Positions 1 to 9,901 of a DNA stretch of 64,000 nt are shown one piece after another. The notes under the pieces are model-generated. The model had not been told where the DNA came from and made no database searches. It saw only the letters and a program-made list of their open reading frames with translations. The translations under genes and the position numbers were made by a program. The number at the start of each line of letters is the position of its first letter. Within the stretch, counting starts at the first letter, position 1. Source of the DNA: Chlorobiota bacterium (GTDB lineage Bacteria > Bacteroidota > Ignavibacteria > Kapaibacteriales > NICIL-2); contig JAOAGY010000032.1 of the NCBI GenBank assembly GCA_026415505.1, positions 294,159-358,158 of the forward strand. The letters run 5' to 3'.

Positions 1-587
1 ATCCGCTCGACCAACATCGCCACATCGCACAAGCTGTCGCAACAGTTCAACTCGGTCGGACCGAGAGCGTTGACAGCGGCAGCAACGTCCGATGCTGCGG
101 ACTGATCACGGAAGTTCGAACACGCCTCGACAAGAGCGAACGAACGATCGCTTTTGCGACCATCGAAGATTACTCCGGTGTCGGCGAGGTCATCCTCTGG
201 AGTTCGGTCTATGAGCAGTGTGCCGACATCGTGCGTGATGGTGCGCTCGTCGTCGTCACCGGTAAAATCGAGCTTCGCGACGATACTGCCACGCCACGCA
301 TCGTCGCCGAAGAAGTCATCCCGATCGAGCGCGCCTACGAGCGCATCAAAACGATTCACGTGCGCCTTCCAGCCAATAGCGAGCCGAACATCCTCGACCG
401 CTTGTTCGAGAGCCGCGGCAGCAACGGTGGACGTGTGGACGTGATCGTAACGATATGCGACGGCAACGTCAATCGCTCGCGCTATGCCTTGCCCTCTTTC
501 GCGATGAGTTTGAACCGCCACACGATCGAACAAATCGCACAGCTCGTCGGCGAGGACAACGTTCGAATTTCGACAGCGACACTGTAG
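1..587 (+). CDS. dnaE: DNA polymerase III alpha subunit, C-terminal fragment (5' end lies outside the window)
   Basis: The open frame runs from the window edge to a stop at 585-587. The translation (...VVVTGKIELRDDTATPRIVAEEVIPIERAYERIK...) resembles the C-terminal OB-fold/tail region of DnaE. There is no start codon because the N-terminus is upstream of the window. Confidence 0.6.
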   Translation, partial: PLDQHRHIAQAVATVQLGRTESVDSGSNVRCCGLITEVRTRLDKSERTIAFATIEDYSGVGEVILWSSVYEQCADIVRDGALVVVTGKIELRDDTATPRIVAEEVIPIERAYERIKTIHVRLPANSEPNILDRLFESRGSNGGRVDVIVTICDGNVNRSRYALPSFAMSLNRHTIEQIAQLVGEDNVRISTATL

Positions 588-608
588 TACGACCTTCCTC
601 AATTTCTC

Positions 609-1079
609 ATGCAAACTGACGATACACCCACTGTCGCCAGTGCCGGCATCTGGACGCCGAAGACACCGAATTTCCGCTCGATCATCGAGCAGTGTCTGGA
701 GCGTCAGGAATTCATGAAGCACATCGGCTGCAAACTGACGACCATCGAACCCGGCTACGTCGAGGCACGAATCGTTCTCGATCGGCACCACCAGCAGCAC
801 AACGGTTTGGTTCACGGTGGCGTCATCGCAACGATCGCCGACGTTGTCGCCGGCTTTGCAGCGTACACACTCGTGGATGAAAATCAAACGACAGTGACAG
901 TCGACTTGATGCTGAGTTTCGTCGAAGCCGCGCGCGGCAGCGAACTACGTGCGAGCGGACGCGTGATCCGACACGGAGCCACAACGAGTTTCGCTCGTGC
1001 CGAAGTATATGCCGGCGACAGCAGCCAGCAGCTTGTTGCTATTGCACAAGCGACACTGGCGATACGGAACCTGTCGTAA
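609..1079 (+). CDS. PaaI-family hotdog-fold acyl-CoA thioesterase
   Basis: 156 aa. Carries the HGGV motif (NGLVHGGVIATIADVVAG) typical of PaaI/YbgC 4HBT-like thioesterases. Short intergenic gaps on both sides. Confidence 0.7.
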   Translation: MQTDDTPTVASAGIWTPKTPNFRSIIEQCLERQEFMKHIGCKLTTIEPGYVEARIVLDRHHQQHNGLVHGGVIATIADVVAGFAAYTLVDENQTTVTVDLMLSFVEAARGSELRASGRVIRHGATTSFARAEVYAGDSSQQLVAIAQATLAIRNLS

Positions 1080-1095
1080 CGACTGCTGATCGAGA

Positions 1096-3009
1096 ATGCG
1101 CAAAGCGATACCGGATTGGCTCGAAGCCGCATACGTTCAACCAGTGGAATTGCTCTCCGCCGATGGCGATTCACCGCTCGCTTCCCTTATCGCGCGCGCA
1201 GAAGCGGCGCTCTGTCTTTATCGCTACAGCGATGCACGGACACTGGCGACCGCAATCGCTGCGCATCCGGAGCGACTCGACGAGCGCTATCGGTGCATGT
1301 TGCTGTCACTGACTGCACGGCTACAATTTGCTGTCGGAAGATTTGACGACGCATTCCGCACTTTCGACGAAGCACGCAATTGTGCCGAGCAAAAGCCCGA
1401 ATTTCCTCTTCTGGCATTGCAGTGGGCAACCACTCTCGAGCGGAGCGCACACTATGCCGAGGCGCTCGACTATCTCAGCTCGGCTCTCCGAACGATCGAA
1501 TCTTCCGACGAAGTCGCACTCGCACTGATACGAACAGGCATTGCGAAAATCCAGGTCGTGCTCGGCTATCCGCAAACTGCCCTCGAGACGCTTCGGTACG
1601 ATACGATCGACGACTTCGAAAACACATTCGCGCGCGCACGACTTGCGATAGCAGCCGCCGATGCATTTCTTGCAATGAACGACATCGAACAGGCGATCGA
1701 GCTGCTCCAAGGCGTACAATCGCACACGAACAGTTTTCTCTCGAACGAACGCGAATTACTGTTGGCGACAGCGTATATCACGCGCAACGATTGGGACGAC
1801 GCCGGTTCGATCGCTGAAGCTGTTGCAATGCGATGCGAAGAGCAGCATCTGCCCTATCACGCAGCCCATGCACGGTTGCTCTACGGGCAGGTATTCGCCG
1901 AGAAAACGTCGCCGTATTACAGCCCCCCACTGGCAATCGAGCATTTCAAACGTGCGCTCGATCATATCGCCCCGATTTCTCGATCGGAGCTGGCTGGTCG
2001 CATCTACCGCCAAATCGCGACGATGTACCGAACGATCGGTCATCACGAAAAAGCACTGCAATACTTGCAGGCGTACCTCGAACACGTCGAGCGACTTCAC
2101 TCGCCTCGCACGATGCTCCGCATCAAACGCACCGAAATCGAAATCGCACGGCAGAACTTCGAAATCGAAAGAGCACAGCTACGAGAGCACCAGCATTCAC
2201 TCGAATCGAAGCTTCGCCGAGCCGAGCAAACGGTCGCACACGTCCGCGAGCAAATGGAAGAGCAAATCGCCTATCTCGGCACCGTCGCCCACGACTTGAA
2301 AAACCCGATCGCAGCAATTATGATGAGTGCCGCAATAATCGAACGCTACGGGCATAAACTCAGCAAAGCGGACCTGGACAAACACGTTTCGTCTATCAAG
2401 CAAACAGCCGAATGGATGAAGGAACTCGTGACTGGACTGCTCGATTTTGCTGCACTGACGACAGGCAAGATCAAACTCACCATCGAACCGGTCCACACCG
2501 CTCTATTGTTCGACGTGGTCATCGAAGCGTACAGACTGAAAGCACTCGCAAAATCACTGACGGTCATCAAAGAGTACAGCGACGACGACCTCTACGTACT
2601 CGCCGACAGCAAACGGCTTCAGGAATGCCTCGACAATCTCCTCTCGAACGCGATCAAGTATTCCCCGCTCGGTCGAAACATCTATTGCCGCATCGAACAG
2701 CATGGCGAGATGATCCGACTTTCGATCCGCGACGAAGGTCCTGGACTCTCCGAGGAAGAGCAACGGCGCCTCTTCCAGCAATTCAGCCGCGCCCGATCGC
2801 ACGATACGGGAAAAGAGGGTGGAACCGGTTTGGGCTTGAGCATTGTTCAGCGTTTCGTTCGAGCGATGAACGGCACTGTCGGCTGCGAGAGTTCGATCGG
2901 CAAAGGCAGCACGTTTTTCATCGAGCTGCCGCGAGCAATTCCTCCAACGAAAAATGGCTACCGGCACTCCGAGCAACCGGCACATTCGGCGCAGGCAAGT
3001 AAACCGTAA
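1096..3009 (+). CDS. Sensor histidine kinase with an N-terminal TPR-like domain, probably cytoplasmic (no obvious TM segment)
   Basis: 637 aa. H-box AHDLKNPIAAI. HATPase_c motifs N-box LLSNAIKYSP, DEGPGL and GTGLGLSIVQ. The N-terminal roughly 350 aa are helical TPR-like repeats. No response regulator gene is adjacent. Confidence 0.8.
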   Translation: MRKAIPDWLEAAYVQPVELLSADGDSPLASLIARAEAALCLYRYSDARTLATAIAAHPERLDERYRCMLLSLTARLQFAVGRFDDAFRTFDEARNCAEQKPEFPLLALQWATTLERSAHYAEALDYLSSALRTIESSDEVALALIRTGIAKIQVVLGYPQTALETLRYDTIDDFENTFARARLAIAAADAFLAMNDIEQAIELLQGVQSHTNSFLSNERELLLATAYITRNDWDDAGSIAEAVAMRCEEQHLPYHAAHARLLYGQVFAEKTSPYYSPPLAIEHFKRALDHIAPISRSELAGRIYRQIATMYRTIGHHEKALQYLQAYLEHVERLHSPRTMLRIKRTEIEIARQNFEIERAQLREHQHSLESKLRRAEQTVAHVREQMEEQIAYLGTVAHDLKNPIAAIMMSAAIIERYGHKLSKADLDKHVSSIKQTAEWMKELVTGLLDFAALTTGKIKLTIEPVHTALLFDVVIEAYRLKALAKSLTVIKEYSDDDLYVLADSKRLQECLDNLLSNAIKYSPLGRNIYCRIEQHGEMIRLSIRDEGPGLSEEEQRRLFQQFSRARSHDTGKEGGTGLGLSIVQRFVRAMNGTVGCESSIGKGSTFFIELPRAIPPTKNGYRHSEQPAHSAQASKP

Positions 3010-3109
3010 AATAGCCGTTCCCACCGTGCTCTGCGGCAAAGTACCCGCAACCGAACGTGCCGTAATTTCGCGGTTGCTGGCACTATTCGACACACACTGA
3101 ACGACCTTT

Positions 3110-3457
3110 ATGGCGCTTTACATCACTTCCGATTGCATCAATTGCGGTGCTTGCGAGCCGGAATGCCCGAACACAGCAATTTATGAGCCAGGTTCGACGT
3201 GGACATTGGCTGGTGTCGAATACACCGACTCGACCAGTCCCGGTGGCTTCAAACGCGACTTTTGGTCCGCCGAGTACTACTTCATCGTGCCCGATAAATG
3301 CACCGAGTGCGTCGGCTTTCACGACGAGCCGCAGTGCGCTGCCGTATGTCCTGTGGACTGCTGCTTGCCCGATCCGCTCAATCCTGAAACGCCTGAGCAG
3401 CTACAGGCAAAAGTCGCATATCTCGATTCTATCGATCCCAATCGCCGGCGCCTCTGA
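3110..3457 (+). CDS. Ferredoxin (4Fe-4S/7Fe type)
   Basis: 115 aa. Two cysteine clusters: CINCGACEPECP and CTECVGFHDEPQCAAVCP. Its stop overlaps the start of the next gene by 1 nt (TGATG). Confidence 0.8.
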   Translation: MALYITSDCINCGACEPECPNTAIYEPGSTWTLAGVEYTDSTSPGGFKRDFWSAEYYFIVPDKCTECVGFHDEPQCAAVCPVDCCLPDPLNPETPEQLQAKVAYLDSIDPNRRRL

Positions 3458-4986
3458 TGCCGATCGCATATCAAGGGGAAATCACGATTGTTCGCGGGCG
3501 CATAGCGGCTCTCGATCCGAAACCGGGAGCTGTTGTTCTTCGCCTCGATGGTCGGCGAGTCGAGTTTCCCGATGCATGGGCATTTCCAGGACTGGTCGAC
3601 GCACATGCGCACGTCGTTGGGCTCGGTCTTGCCCAACGCGAGGGCTACCTTCGGGGTGTCGCCTCGAAGGAAGAATGCATCGAACGTGTTCGATCGGCAC
3701 GAACGCAGCGTGGTGAGTGGATTGTTGCTCGTGGGTGGAATCACGAACTGTGGTCACCTCCAGCTTTGCCGTCGGCAGCCGATCTCGACTCGGCATTCCC
3801 CGATGTCCCAGTTGCACTCAAGCGAGTTGACGGTCATGCTTTGTGGGTGAATTCTCGCGCTCTCGAAATCGCAAGCATACATGCTGCGACGCCCGATCCC
3901 CCAGGTGGTGCGATTCTCCGCAGCGACGATGGTCAACCTACCGGCATTTTACTCGACACAGCGATGGAACTCGTCGAGCGTTTCATTCCTCCACCGTCAC
4001 TGGATGACATCGAGAGGGCAATTCTGATCGCGACCGAGCTATGCAGTCGAGCTGGGCTGACGGAAATTCACGACATGGACGTCGAACCGAGCCATTTACC
4101 GATCTTCACAACACTGGCGGAAAACGGTCGGCTTCACTGCCGCATTCTTTCGTGGGTCCGGGGACAGAACCAAGAGTGGCATACCGCTGGGGTTCTCCCG
4201 ACTGTCGGTGAATTGCATCGCGTCGTCGGGGTCAAGCTGTTTGCCGACGGCGCACTCGGCAGTCGCGGCGGAGCACTTCTCGTCGAACCGTACTCGGACG
4301 ATCCGACAACGAGCGGTCTTTTGCTGCTCGACCGCGAAACGATCGTCGCCCGCATCGAGCGAGCGCTCGACGACGGCTTCTCTTCCATCGCAGTCCACGC
4401 AATCGGCGATCGTGCGGTGCGGGTCGTGCTGGACGCGTTCGAAGAGATTCGCAGCCGCTATCCCCACTCCGACGATGTGCGCTTGCGAATCGAACACAGT
4501 CAAATCGTTCATCCCGACGATCTGTCGCGATACGTCAGCGCCGGTGCAATCGCTTCGGTGCAGCCGATTCACTGCACAAGCGATGCAGCGATGGCGCAGC
4601 GCCGGCTCGGAGATCGAACGCGCAATGCGTACCGCTGGCGTTCATTCCTCGATCATGGCGTCCTGCTCTGCGCCGGTTCTGATTTTCCCGTCGAATCGCA
4701 CGATCCACTGCTCGGTATCGAAGCATTCTGCCGACGCATCCCGCCTGGATTCGACACGGCGTGGCATCCTGACGAACGGCTCAGCCGCAGCGATGCACTC
4801 GATGCATACACGATCGGCGCACATCGCGCTGCCGATACGAGCTATCGCCGTGGACGAATCGCGGTCGGTTTGGATGCGGACATAACGATCGTCGATCGCG
4901 ACTTAGAGACCTGCCTGGACGACGAAATCACCGCCACACGTACATTTGCGACCGTCGTTGCCGGAACACTCTACCTGCACGAATGA
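3457..4986 (+). CDS. Amidohydrolase family protein (YtcJ-like, metal-dependent)
   Basis: 509 aa. N-terminal metal-binding HxH (VDAHAHVVGLG). Overall layout resembles the Amidohydro_3 family. Translationally coupled to the genes on either side. Confidence 0.75.
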   Translation: MPIAYQGEITIVRGRIAALDPKPGAVVLRLDGRRVEFPDAWAFPGLVDAHAHVVGLGLAQREGYLRGVASKEECIERVRSARTQRGEWIVARGWNHELWSPPALPSAADLDSAFPDVPVALKRVDGHALWVNSRALEIASIHAATPDPPGGAILRSDDGQPTGILLDTAMELVERFIPPPSLDDIERAILIATELCSRAGLTEIHDMDVEPSHLPIFTTLAENGRLHCRILSWVRGQNQEWHTAGVLPTVGELHRVVGVKLFADGALGSRGGALLVEPYSDDPTTSGLLLLDRETIVARIERALDDGFSSIAVHAIGDRAVRVVLDAFEEIRSRYPHSDDVRLRIEHSQIVHPDDLSRYVSAGAIASVQPIHCTSDAAMAQRRLGDRTRNAYRWRSFLDHGVLLCAGSDFPVESHDPLLGIEAFCRRIPPGFDTAWHPDERLSRSDALDAYTIGAHRAADTSYRRGRIAVGLDADITIVDRDLETCLDDEITATRTFATVVAGTLYLHE

Positions 4987-6173
4987 ACACCGAACGCCAG
5001 GAATGGTTCTACCGTTCTCACTACACCGACGAACGATACCATCGGCTGCGTCAATTGCTCGAGCAGCGGCTCGGTACACGCATCGAGTTTCGCATCATGG
5101 AAGCACCGGTGTTTCTCTCCGACGAGTTGCGCCGGTCAATCGCCGATGCAGCAATCGCTCTCGTCGAGCAGTGCACTGAGAAATCGTACCTTTCGCATGC
5201 AATCGAACGCGCTATTCCTCCGCGATATCGCATGCCGGATATTCCGCCACATCCGACGTGCGCCGTGGTGGATTTTGCGATTTCACAAGCCGATGGCGAG
5301 CTCGTGCCGCGTTTGATCGAGTTGCAAGGATTCCCCTCGCTCTTTGCGTATCAGCTATTTCTGACCGATGCGTATCACGACGCCTACGAGCTACGTGAGG
5401 AGTTTTCACCGTTTTTCGATCCGTCGCTCGATCGCAACGAATATCGCAGGATTTTGGAACGGTGGCTGATCGGGAACCATCACCCCGACAACACCGCACT
5501 GGTTGACTACAAACCGCTCGAGCAAAAAACCTATCCTGATTTCGCTGCCACAGAACTGCTCACTTGCATGGCACCGACCGACATTGGCGGCATCGTCGAA
5601 CGCGACGGATACCTTTTCCACGAACGCGGCGGAGCGTTGCAACCGCTCCGTCGGATTTACATGCGCGCAATAACCGACGAATTGGAAGAGCGCGGTGTCG
5701 AGGTGCCGTTTTCCTGGAACGATCCGCCGCACGTCGAGTGGGTCGTTCACCCGAATTGGTATTTCCTGATGAGCAAGTACTCGCTGCCGTACTTGCATCA
5801 TCCGACCGTGCCACGCGCGCTGTTTTGCGACACAATCGAACGTTTGCCCACCGATGTACGCTACGTGTTGAAGCCGCTTTTCGCATTCGCGGGAAAGGGT
5901 GTCAACGTCGAACCGACCGACGACGATTTGCGTGCACTCTCTCCCGACGAGCGCCGCAATTGGCTGGCGATGGAAAAGGTCGAGTACGCTCCTGCTTTGC
6001 CGACTCCCGAAGGGGCGAATTACGTCGAGGTACGGTGCATGGTGATTTGGGAAGAAGGAAGCCGCCCACGTCCGGCGATGTCGCTCGTGCGGACAGGTCG
6101 TTCGAAGCTGATGGGATCGCGCTATTTGACGCTACCGTGGACGGGCGCTTCGATTTGTTTTTTCGAGCAATAG
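4983..6173 (+). CDS. Hypothetical protein, possibly an ATP-grasp-like acid-amine ligase (circularly permuted or GspS/YgiC-like architecture). Low confidence on function.
   Basis: 396 aa. ATGA overlap with the upstream amidohydrolase. Near the C-terminus there is a K-loop-like segment (YVLKPLFAFAGKGVNVEP) reminiscent of the ATP-grasp B-domain. No other family signature recognised. Confidence 0.45.
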   Translation: MNTERQEWFYRSHYTDERYHRLRQLLEQRLGTRIEFRIMEAPVFLSDELRRSIADAAIALVEQCTEKSYLSHAIERAIPPRYRMPDIPPHPTCAVVDFAISQADGELVPRLIELQGFPSLFAYQLFLTDAYHDAYELREEFSPFFDPSLDRNEYRRILERWLIGNHHPDNTALVDYKPLEQKTYPDFAATELLTCMAPTDIGGIVERDGYLFHERGGALQPLRRIYMRAITDELEERGVEVPFSWNDPPHVEWVVHPNWYFLMSKYSLPYLHHPTVPRALFCDTIERLPTDVRYVLKPLFAFAGKGVNVEPTDDDLRALSPDERRNWLAMEKVEYAPALPTPEGANYVEVRCMVIWEEGSRPRPAMSLVRTGRSKLMGSRYLTLPWTGASICFFEQ

Positions 6174-6177
6174 CGGC

Positions 6178-8073
6178 TCACTCCAGGTAGGTGTAGCCGT
6201 ACAGCCCCGACCGATACATTGCCAGAAATTCCTTCCCTTCGTGGAGCGTGACCAAATTCTCTTTGACCGCTTGCATCACCCACGTCTCCATCGTGCGCAC
6301 AAGACGCTTGGCGGAGAACTGCACGTAGTCGAGCACGTCTTCGACCGTCTCGCCTTCGATGATTTGGTCGATCCAATAGCTGTCTTCGTCGCAGACGATG
6401 TGAACGGCGTTCGTATCGCCGAAGAGATTGTGCAAATCGCCGAGAATTTCTTGGTATGCGCCGACCAAGAACACACCGATGTAGTACGGCTCCCCTTCCC
6501 GCAAGTCGTGCACCGACAGATAAGGCATCGTTTCGCGAATGCCGATGAACCGATCGATGCGACCGTCGCTGTCGCAGGTGATGTCGTGAAGTGTCGCACG
6601 TCGCAACGGCTTTTCATTGAGCCGCTGCAGCGGCATGATCGGAAAGAGCTGATCGATAGCCCACGAATCGGGTAGCGACTGAAACAGCGAAAAGTTGCAG
6701 AAATACTTGTCGGCGAGCAGCTTCGGCAGCACGCGCAATTCATCGGGAATGTGCCGAAATTCTTGCGCGTAGCGATTGACCGTCGTCGCGATACTCCAGA
6801 ACAATCGCTCGACTTTCGCTCGCGATCGAAGGTCGAACAATCCGAGCGCAAACAGTTCGAGCGACTCCTCGCGAAGCTGGAGTGCATCGTGCCACACCTC
6901 CATGATCGTGCGCGGCGAAACGTTGTTGAGCAGTGTGTAGAGTTCGCGCACGATTTCGTGGTCGTTCGGCTCGATCGTGTGGAGTGTGTCGTCCCACAGC
7001 GGCGTCGTCGCCGTTTCCAGCACGTTGAACACCAACACCGAATGGTGTGCAGTCAATGCGCGTCCTGCTTCGGTGATGACGTGTGGATGCGGCAGTTGAT
7101 GCTTGTCGGCGGCATCGAGGAGCGTAGCAATCGCGTCGTTGGCGTATTCTTGAATCGAGTAGTTGATGCTGCTTGCCAGCGTCGTCCGCGAGCCGTCATA
7201 ATCCACGCCCAAGCCACCGCCGATGTCCACGTATTCGATGGCACAACCGAGCCGGTGCAATTGCACGTAGAATTGAGCGACCTCGCGCAGCCCCGCTTTG
7301 ATTTTGCGGATGTTGGTGATTTGCGAGCCGAGATGGAAGTGAATCAATTTCAGCCAGGAAAGAATTCCCTCCTGTCGCGCCAGCTCGACCGCTTCCAGCA
7401 GTTCGCTCGCATTGAGACCGAATTTGCTTTGATCGCCGCCGGATTCCTCCCACTTGCCGCTGCCGCTTGCCGCCAGTCGTATGCGAATACCGACGTTCGG
7501 CACGACATTGAGCCGCCGCGCAATGTGAACGATGAGCTTCAGTTCGTTGAGTTTTTCGACGACGAGGAAAATTTTTTTGCCCATTTTGTGTGCCAGCAGC
7601 GCCAGCTCGATGAAGTCTTCGTCCTTGTAGCCATTGCAGATGATGAGTGCTTCGGGATTGTCCATGATGGGCAAAACGGCATGCAACTCCGGCTTGGAGC
7701 CAGCTTCCAAGCCGATGTTGAACTTCTTGCCGTAGCGGACGATTTCCTCGACGACCGGACGCTGCTGGTTGACCTTGATCGGGTAAACGTTGTAGTACTT
7801 GCCGTTGTAGCCGTACTCGGCGCGCGCGCGTTCGAAGCAGCCACTGATTTTCTCGATGCGATGATCGAGGATGTTCGGAAAACGCAAAAGCACTGGCGGA
7901 TTGATGTCCTTGAGCGCCAGTTCGTCCATCAACTCGCGAATGTCTATTGCCGGTCCGTTGTCCTTTCGCGGACGAACGACGACGTTGCCCTTTTCGTTGA
8001 TGCCGAAATAGCCGATACCCCAGCCGGCGATGTTGTAAAGTTCAGCCGAATCCTCGACACGCCACGTTCTCAC
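6178..8073 (-). CDS. speA: Biosynthetic arginine decarboxylase
   Basis: 631 aa. N-terminus MRTWRVEDSAELYNIAGWGIGYF and PLP-fold core (NVYPIKVNQQRPVVEEI...) match SpeA. The length is typical. Confidence 0.9.
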   Translation of the reverse strand: MRTWRVEDSAELYNIAGWGIGYFGINEKGNVVVRPRKDNGPAIDIRELMDELALKDINPPVLLRFPNILDHRIEKISGCFERARAEYGYNGKYYNVYPIKVNQQRPVVEEIVRYGKKFNIGLEAGSKPELHAVLPIMDNPEALIICNGYKDEDFIELALLAHKMGKKIFLVVEKLNELKLIVHIARRLNVVPNVGIRIRLAASGSGKWEESGGDQSKFGLNASELLEAVELARQEGILSWLKLIHFHLGSQITNIRKIKAGLREVAQFYVQLHRLGCAIEYVDIGGGLGVDYDGSRTTLASSINYSIQEYANDAIATLLDAADKHQLPHPHVITEAGRALTAHHSVLVFNVLETATTPLWDDTLHTIEPNDHEIVRELYTLLNNVSPRTIMEVWHDALQLREESLELFALGLFDLRSRAKVERLFWSIATTVNRYAQEFRHIPDELRVLPKLLADKYFCNFSLFQSLPDSWAIDQLFPIMPLQRLNEKPLRRATLHDITCDSDGRIDRFIGIRETMPYLSVHDLREGEPYYIGVFLVGAYQEILGDLHNLFGDTNAVHIVCDEDSYWIDQIIEGETVEDVLDYVQFSAKRLVRTMETWVMQAVKENLVTLHEGKEFLAMYRSGLYGYTYLE

Positions 8074-8100
8074 GCCTTGCCCTACCTCCGACGAATGTGA

Positions 8101-9879
8101 TCAATGAACAACAATGAGCGGAAGCACCGTCGCCGACGAATCGCTTTCGATGCGCACGAAATAGGCGCCCGACGGCAACGCGCTGCATTCGATGGGAATC
8201 ACTCGTATCGAACCGGCGACAGTTCCATCGGCGTACAGTGCAAGCGCCTTTCCTGTCGCGTCGAGCAACGTTGCGCGGAGCCGAACCGGTGCGAGCGCTT
8301 CGACTTCGATGAACGCACGATCGCTCGCAGGATTCGGACCGATGCGCACTGGCTGTCGAGCAGTTTCACCGACGCTGGCGAGCACGTCCGACAAACGGAT
8401 GCGTACCGTCACCGGAAGATGGTCGCTGACAGTCGTGGTATAGCTCGACAAAAACGCATTCGGTGCTTCGAGGTACGTTCGATGAATCGCGCCGAAAAGC
8501 TCGTTCGAAACGATGATGTGATCGAGCATTCGCGCATTGACTGTCGAACCGATGTACGATCGCAGACCCAGCTCGCTCATCGGTTTGGTCAGAACGCGCC
8601 AATTGGCTGTATCCTCGATGAAGACCGCATAGGGCGTCGGATTTGGCGTTACGACCGACGAGGTCACATCGTCGTTGAAATCACCCAGCACGATGACCGG
8701 ATCGTTGGCGTAAAACGTGTTCAGGTAGTCGTGAAACGTTTCGGCATCCGTCTTGCGACGCTGCCAGTCGTCTTGCGCTGTCGTCGAATCGCCGGTCGCT
8801 TTTGCATGGATGTTGAAGAGCAGAATTTTTCGTTCGACGCCACCGACGGTGCATCGCGCCGTCATGCGAAACGGGAAACGCCCGCTCGCCCAGGCTTGCG
8901 AGCCGCCGTTGACGGCAAGCCCCGACTCGACGACCGCTGCTGTCGCATTGTTGACCAGGTACGCCATCTTCTGCTGTTGCTCGATCGGCGCGAGCAACCC
9001 GGTGTACGAACCTTGCACCGATCCGGCGAGACTATCGAGGACCGATGCAGTGACGACTTCTTGGAATGCGTAGATGTCCGACCGCATCGAATCGAGCGCC
9101 ATGCGAACGCTGTTGAACTGACGCTGCTTGTTCGATACACCGAGCGTCGTATCGGTCGAGCCGAACCACAGAAGATTCCACGTCGTCACATCGAGCGTCG
9201 CATCTTTCGGTACCGTGTCACGCTCGATGGTCGAAGCGACGTCCGTCGCAAAGCGCGGCAGGAGCTGATACGTCCCGCGAAACTGCGAGATGACACCGAC
9301 GACGTCGATCCGCCCGGTCGGGATCGGCAAACTGTTGCGCGCGATTTCCGTGTTCGCATCCACTCGCACCTGAAGCTGATCGCCAGCGGCACTGCGAACG
9401 TTGTAATTGCGATCGCCTTGGAATACGCCTGTTTCGACAAATTCGACGTTCCGCACACGAACGAGCATCCCTTCGAGCGCCTCGCCGATCGATGGAATCG
9501 AGCTTGTTCGCGGCGTCGGCTCGACGCGTGGAACAGGAATGACTTGAAAGGCGACCTGTCCGGTAATTTCGGCTAAACCTGTCCCGGATTGCCCGGTCGT
9601 TTGACCGAATTCCGTGAGAGTGCCGCCGAGAATTTCGACCGAATCGCCGATTTGCACACCCATTCTGAACGCACTGTTGAAGACGGCGATCCCGCCGGTG
9701 GCATCTTGGATGTAGCTGGTGTTGCGAAATTGATCGGCTACGGTAACCCGCCCGGCGATTCGCTCACCAGCGCGGATCGAATCACCGAAAGGACGTTGCT
9801 TGAATTGTGCAATGGTGATGTACGTCTGCGACCATGCCGTCGCTGCTACGAGAACGAGTGCGAATAGAAAGTGTTTCAT
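8101..9879 (-). CDS. Secreted endonuclease/exonuclease/phosphatase (EEP) family protein with an N-terminal beta-rich binding domain and a T9SS C-terminal sorting domain
   Basis: 592 aa. Signal peptide MKHFLFALVLVAATAWSQ. EEP core motifs (TWNLLWFG..., LGDFNDD, SDHLPV). C-terminal roughly 80 aa has a T9SS type-A sorting-domain pattern (...GAYFVRIESDSSATVLPLIVVH). Confidence 0.75.
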   Translation of the reverse strand: MKHFLFALVLVAATAWSQTYITIAQFKQRPFGDSIRAGERIAGRVTVADQFRNTSYIQDATGGIAVFNSAFRMGVQIGDSVEILGGTLTEFGQTTGQSGTGLAEITGQVAFQVIPVPRVEPTPRTSSIPSIGEALEGMLVRVRNVEFVETGVFQGDRNYNVRSAAGDQLQVRVDANTEIARNSLPIPTGRIDVVGVISQFRGTYQLLPRFATDVASTIERDTVPKDATLDVTTWNLLWFGSTDTTLGVSNKQRQFNSVRMALDSMRSDIYAFQEVVTASVLDSLAGSVQGSYTGLLAPIEQQQKMAYLVNNATAAVVESGLAVNGGSQAWASGRFPFRMTARCTVGGVERKILLFNIHAKATGDSTTAQDDWQRRKTDAETFHDYLNTFYANDPVIVLGDFNDDVTSSVVTPNPTPYAVFIEDTANWRVLTKPMSELGLRSYIGSTVNARMLDHIIVSNELFGAIHRTYLEAPNAFLSSYTTTVSDHLPVTVRIRLSDVLASVGETARQPVRIGPNPASDRAFIEVEALAPVRLRATLLDATGKALALYADGTVAGSIRVIPIECSALPSGAYFVRIESDSSATVLPLIVVH

Positions 9880-9901
9880 CGAAGGACGCCTTTTTTGTGA
9901 A

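Noticed and set aside
3457-6173. Interpretation of the amidohydrolase and ATP-grasp-like pair as a toxin-antitoxin or defence module
   Set aside because: Sizes, domain types and tight coupling to a ferredoxin fit a metabolic operon. I recognise no nuclease, ATPase-defence or HTH components.
6751-8100. 449-aa plus-strand ORF antisense to speA. Similar long antisense or off-frame ORFs occur at 8104..9576, 11659..13452, 14220..15344, 14428..15606, 24409..25935, 41726..43768, 46318..48045 and 51611..53980.
   Set aside because: High-GC DNA generates long stop-free frames opposite or offset from real genes. These translations are Arg/Ala/Asp-rich low-complexity with no domain signatures, and each is fully covered by a well-supported gene.
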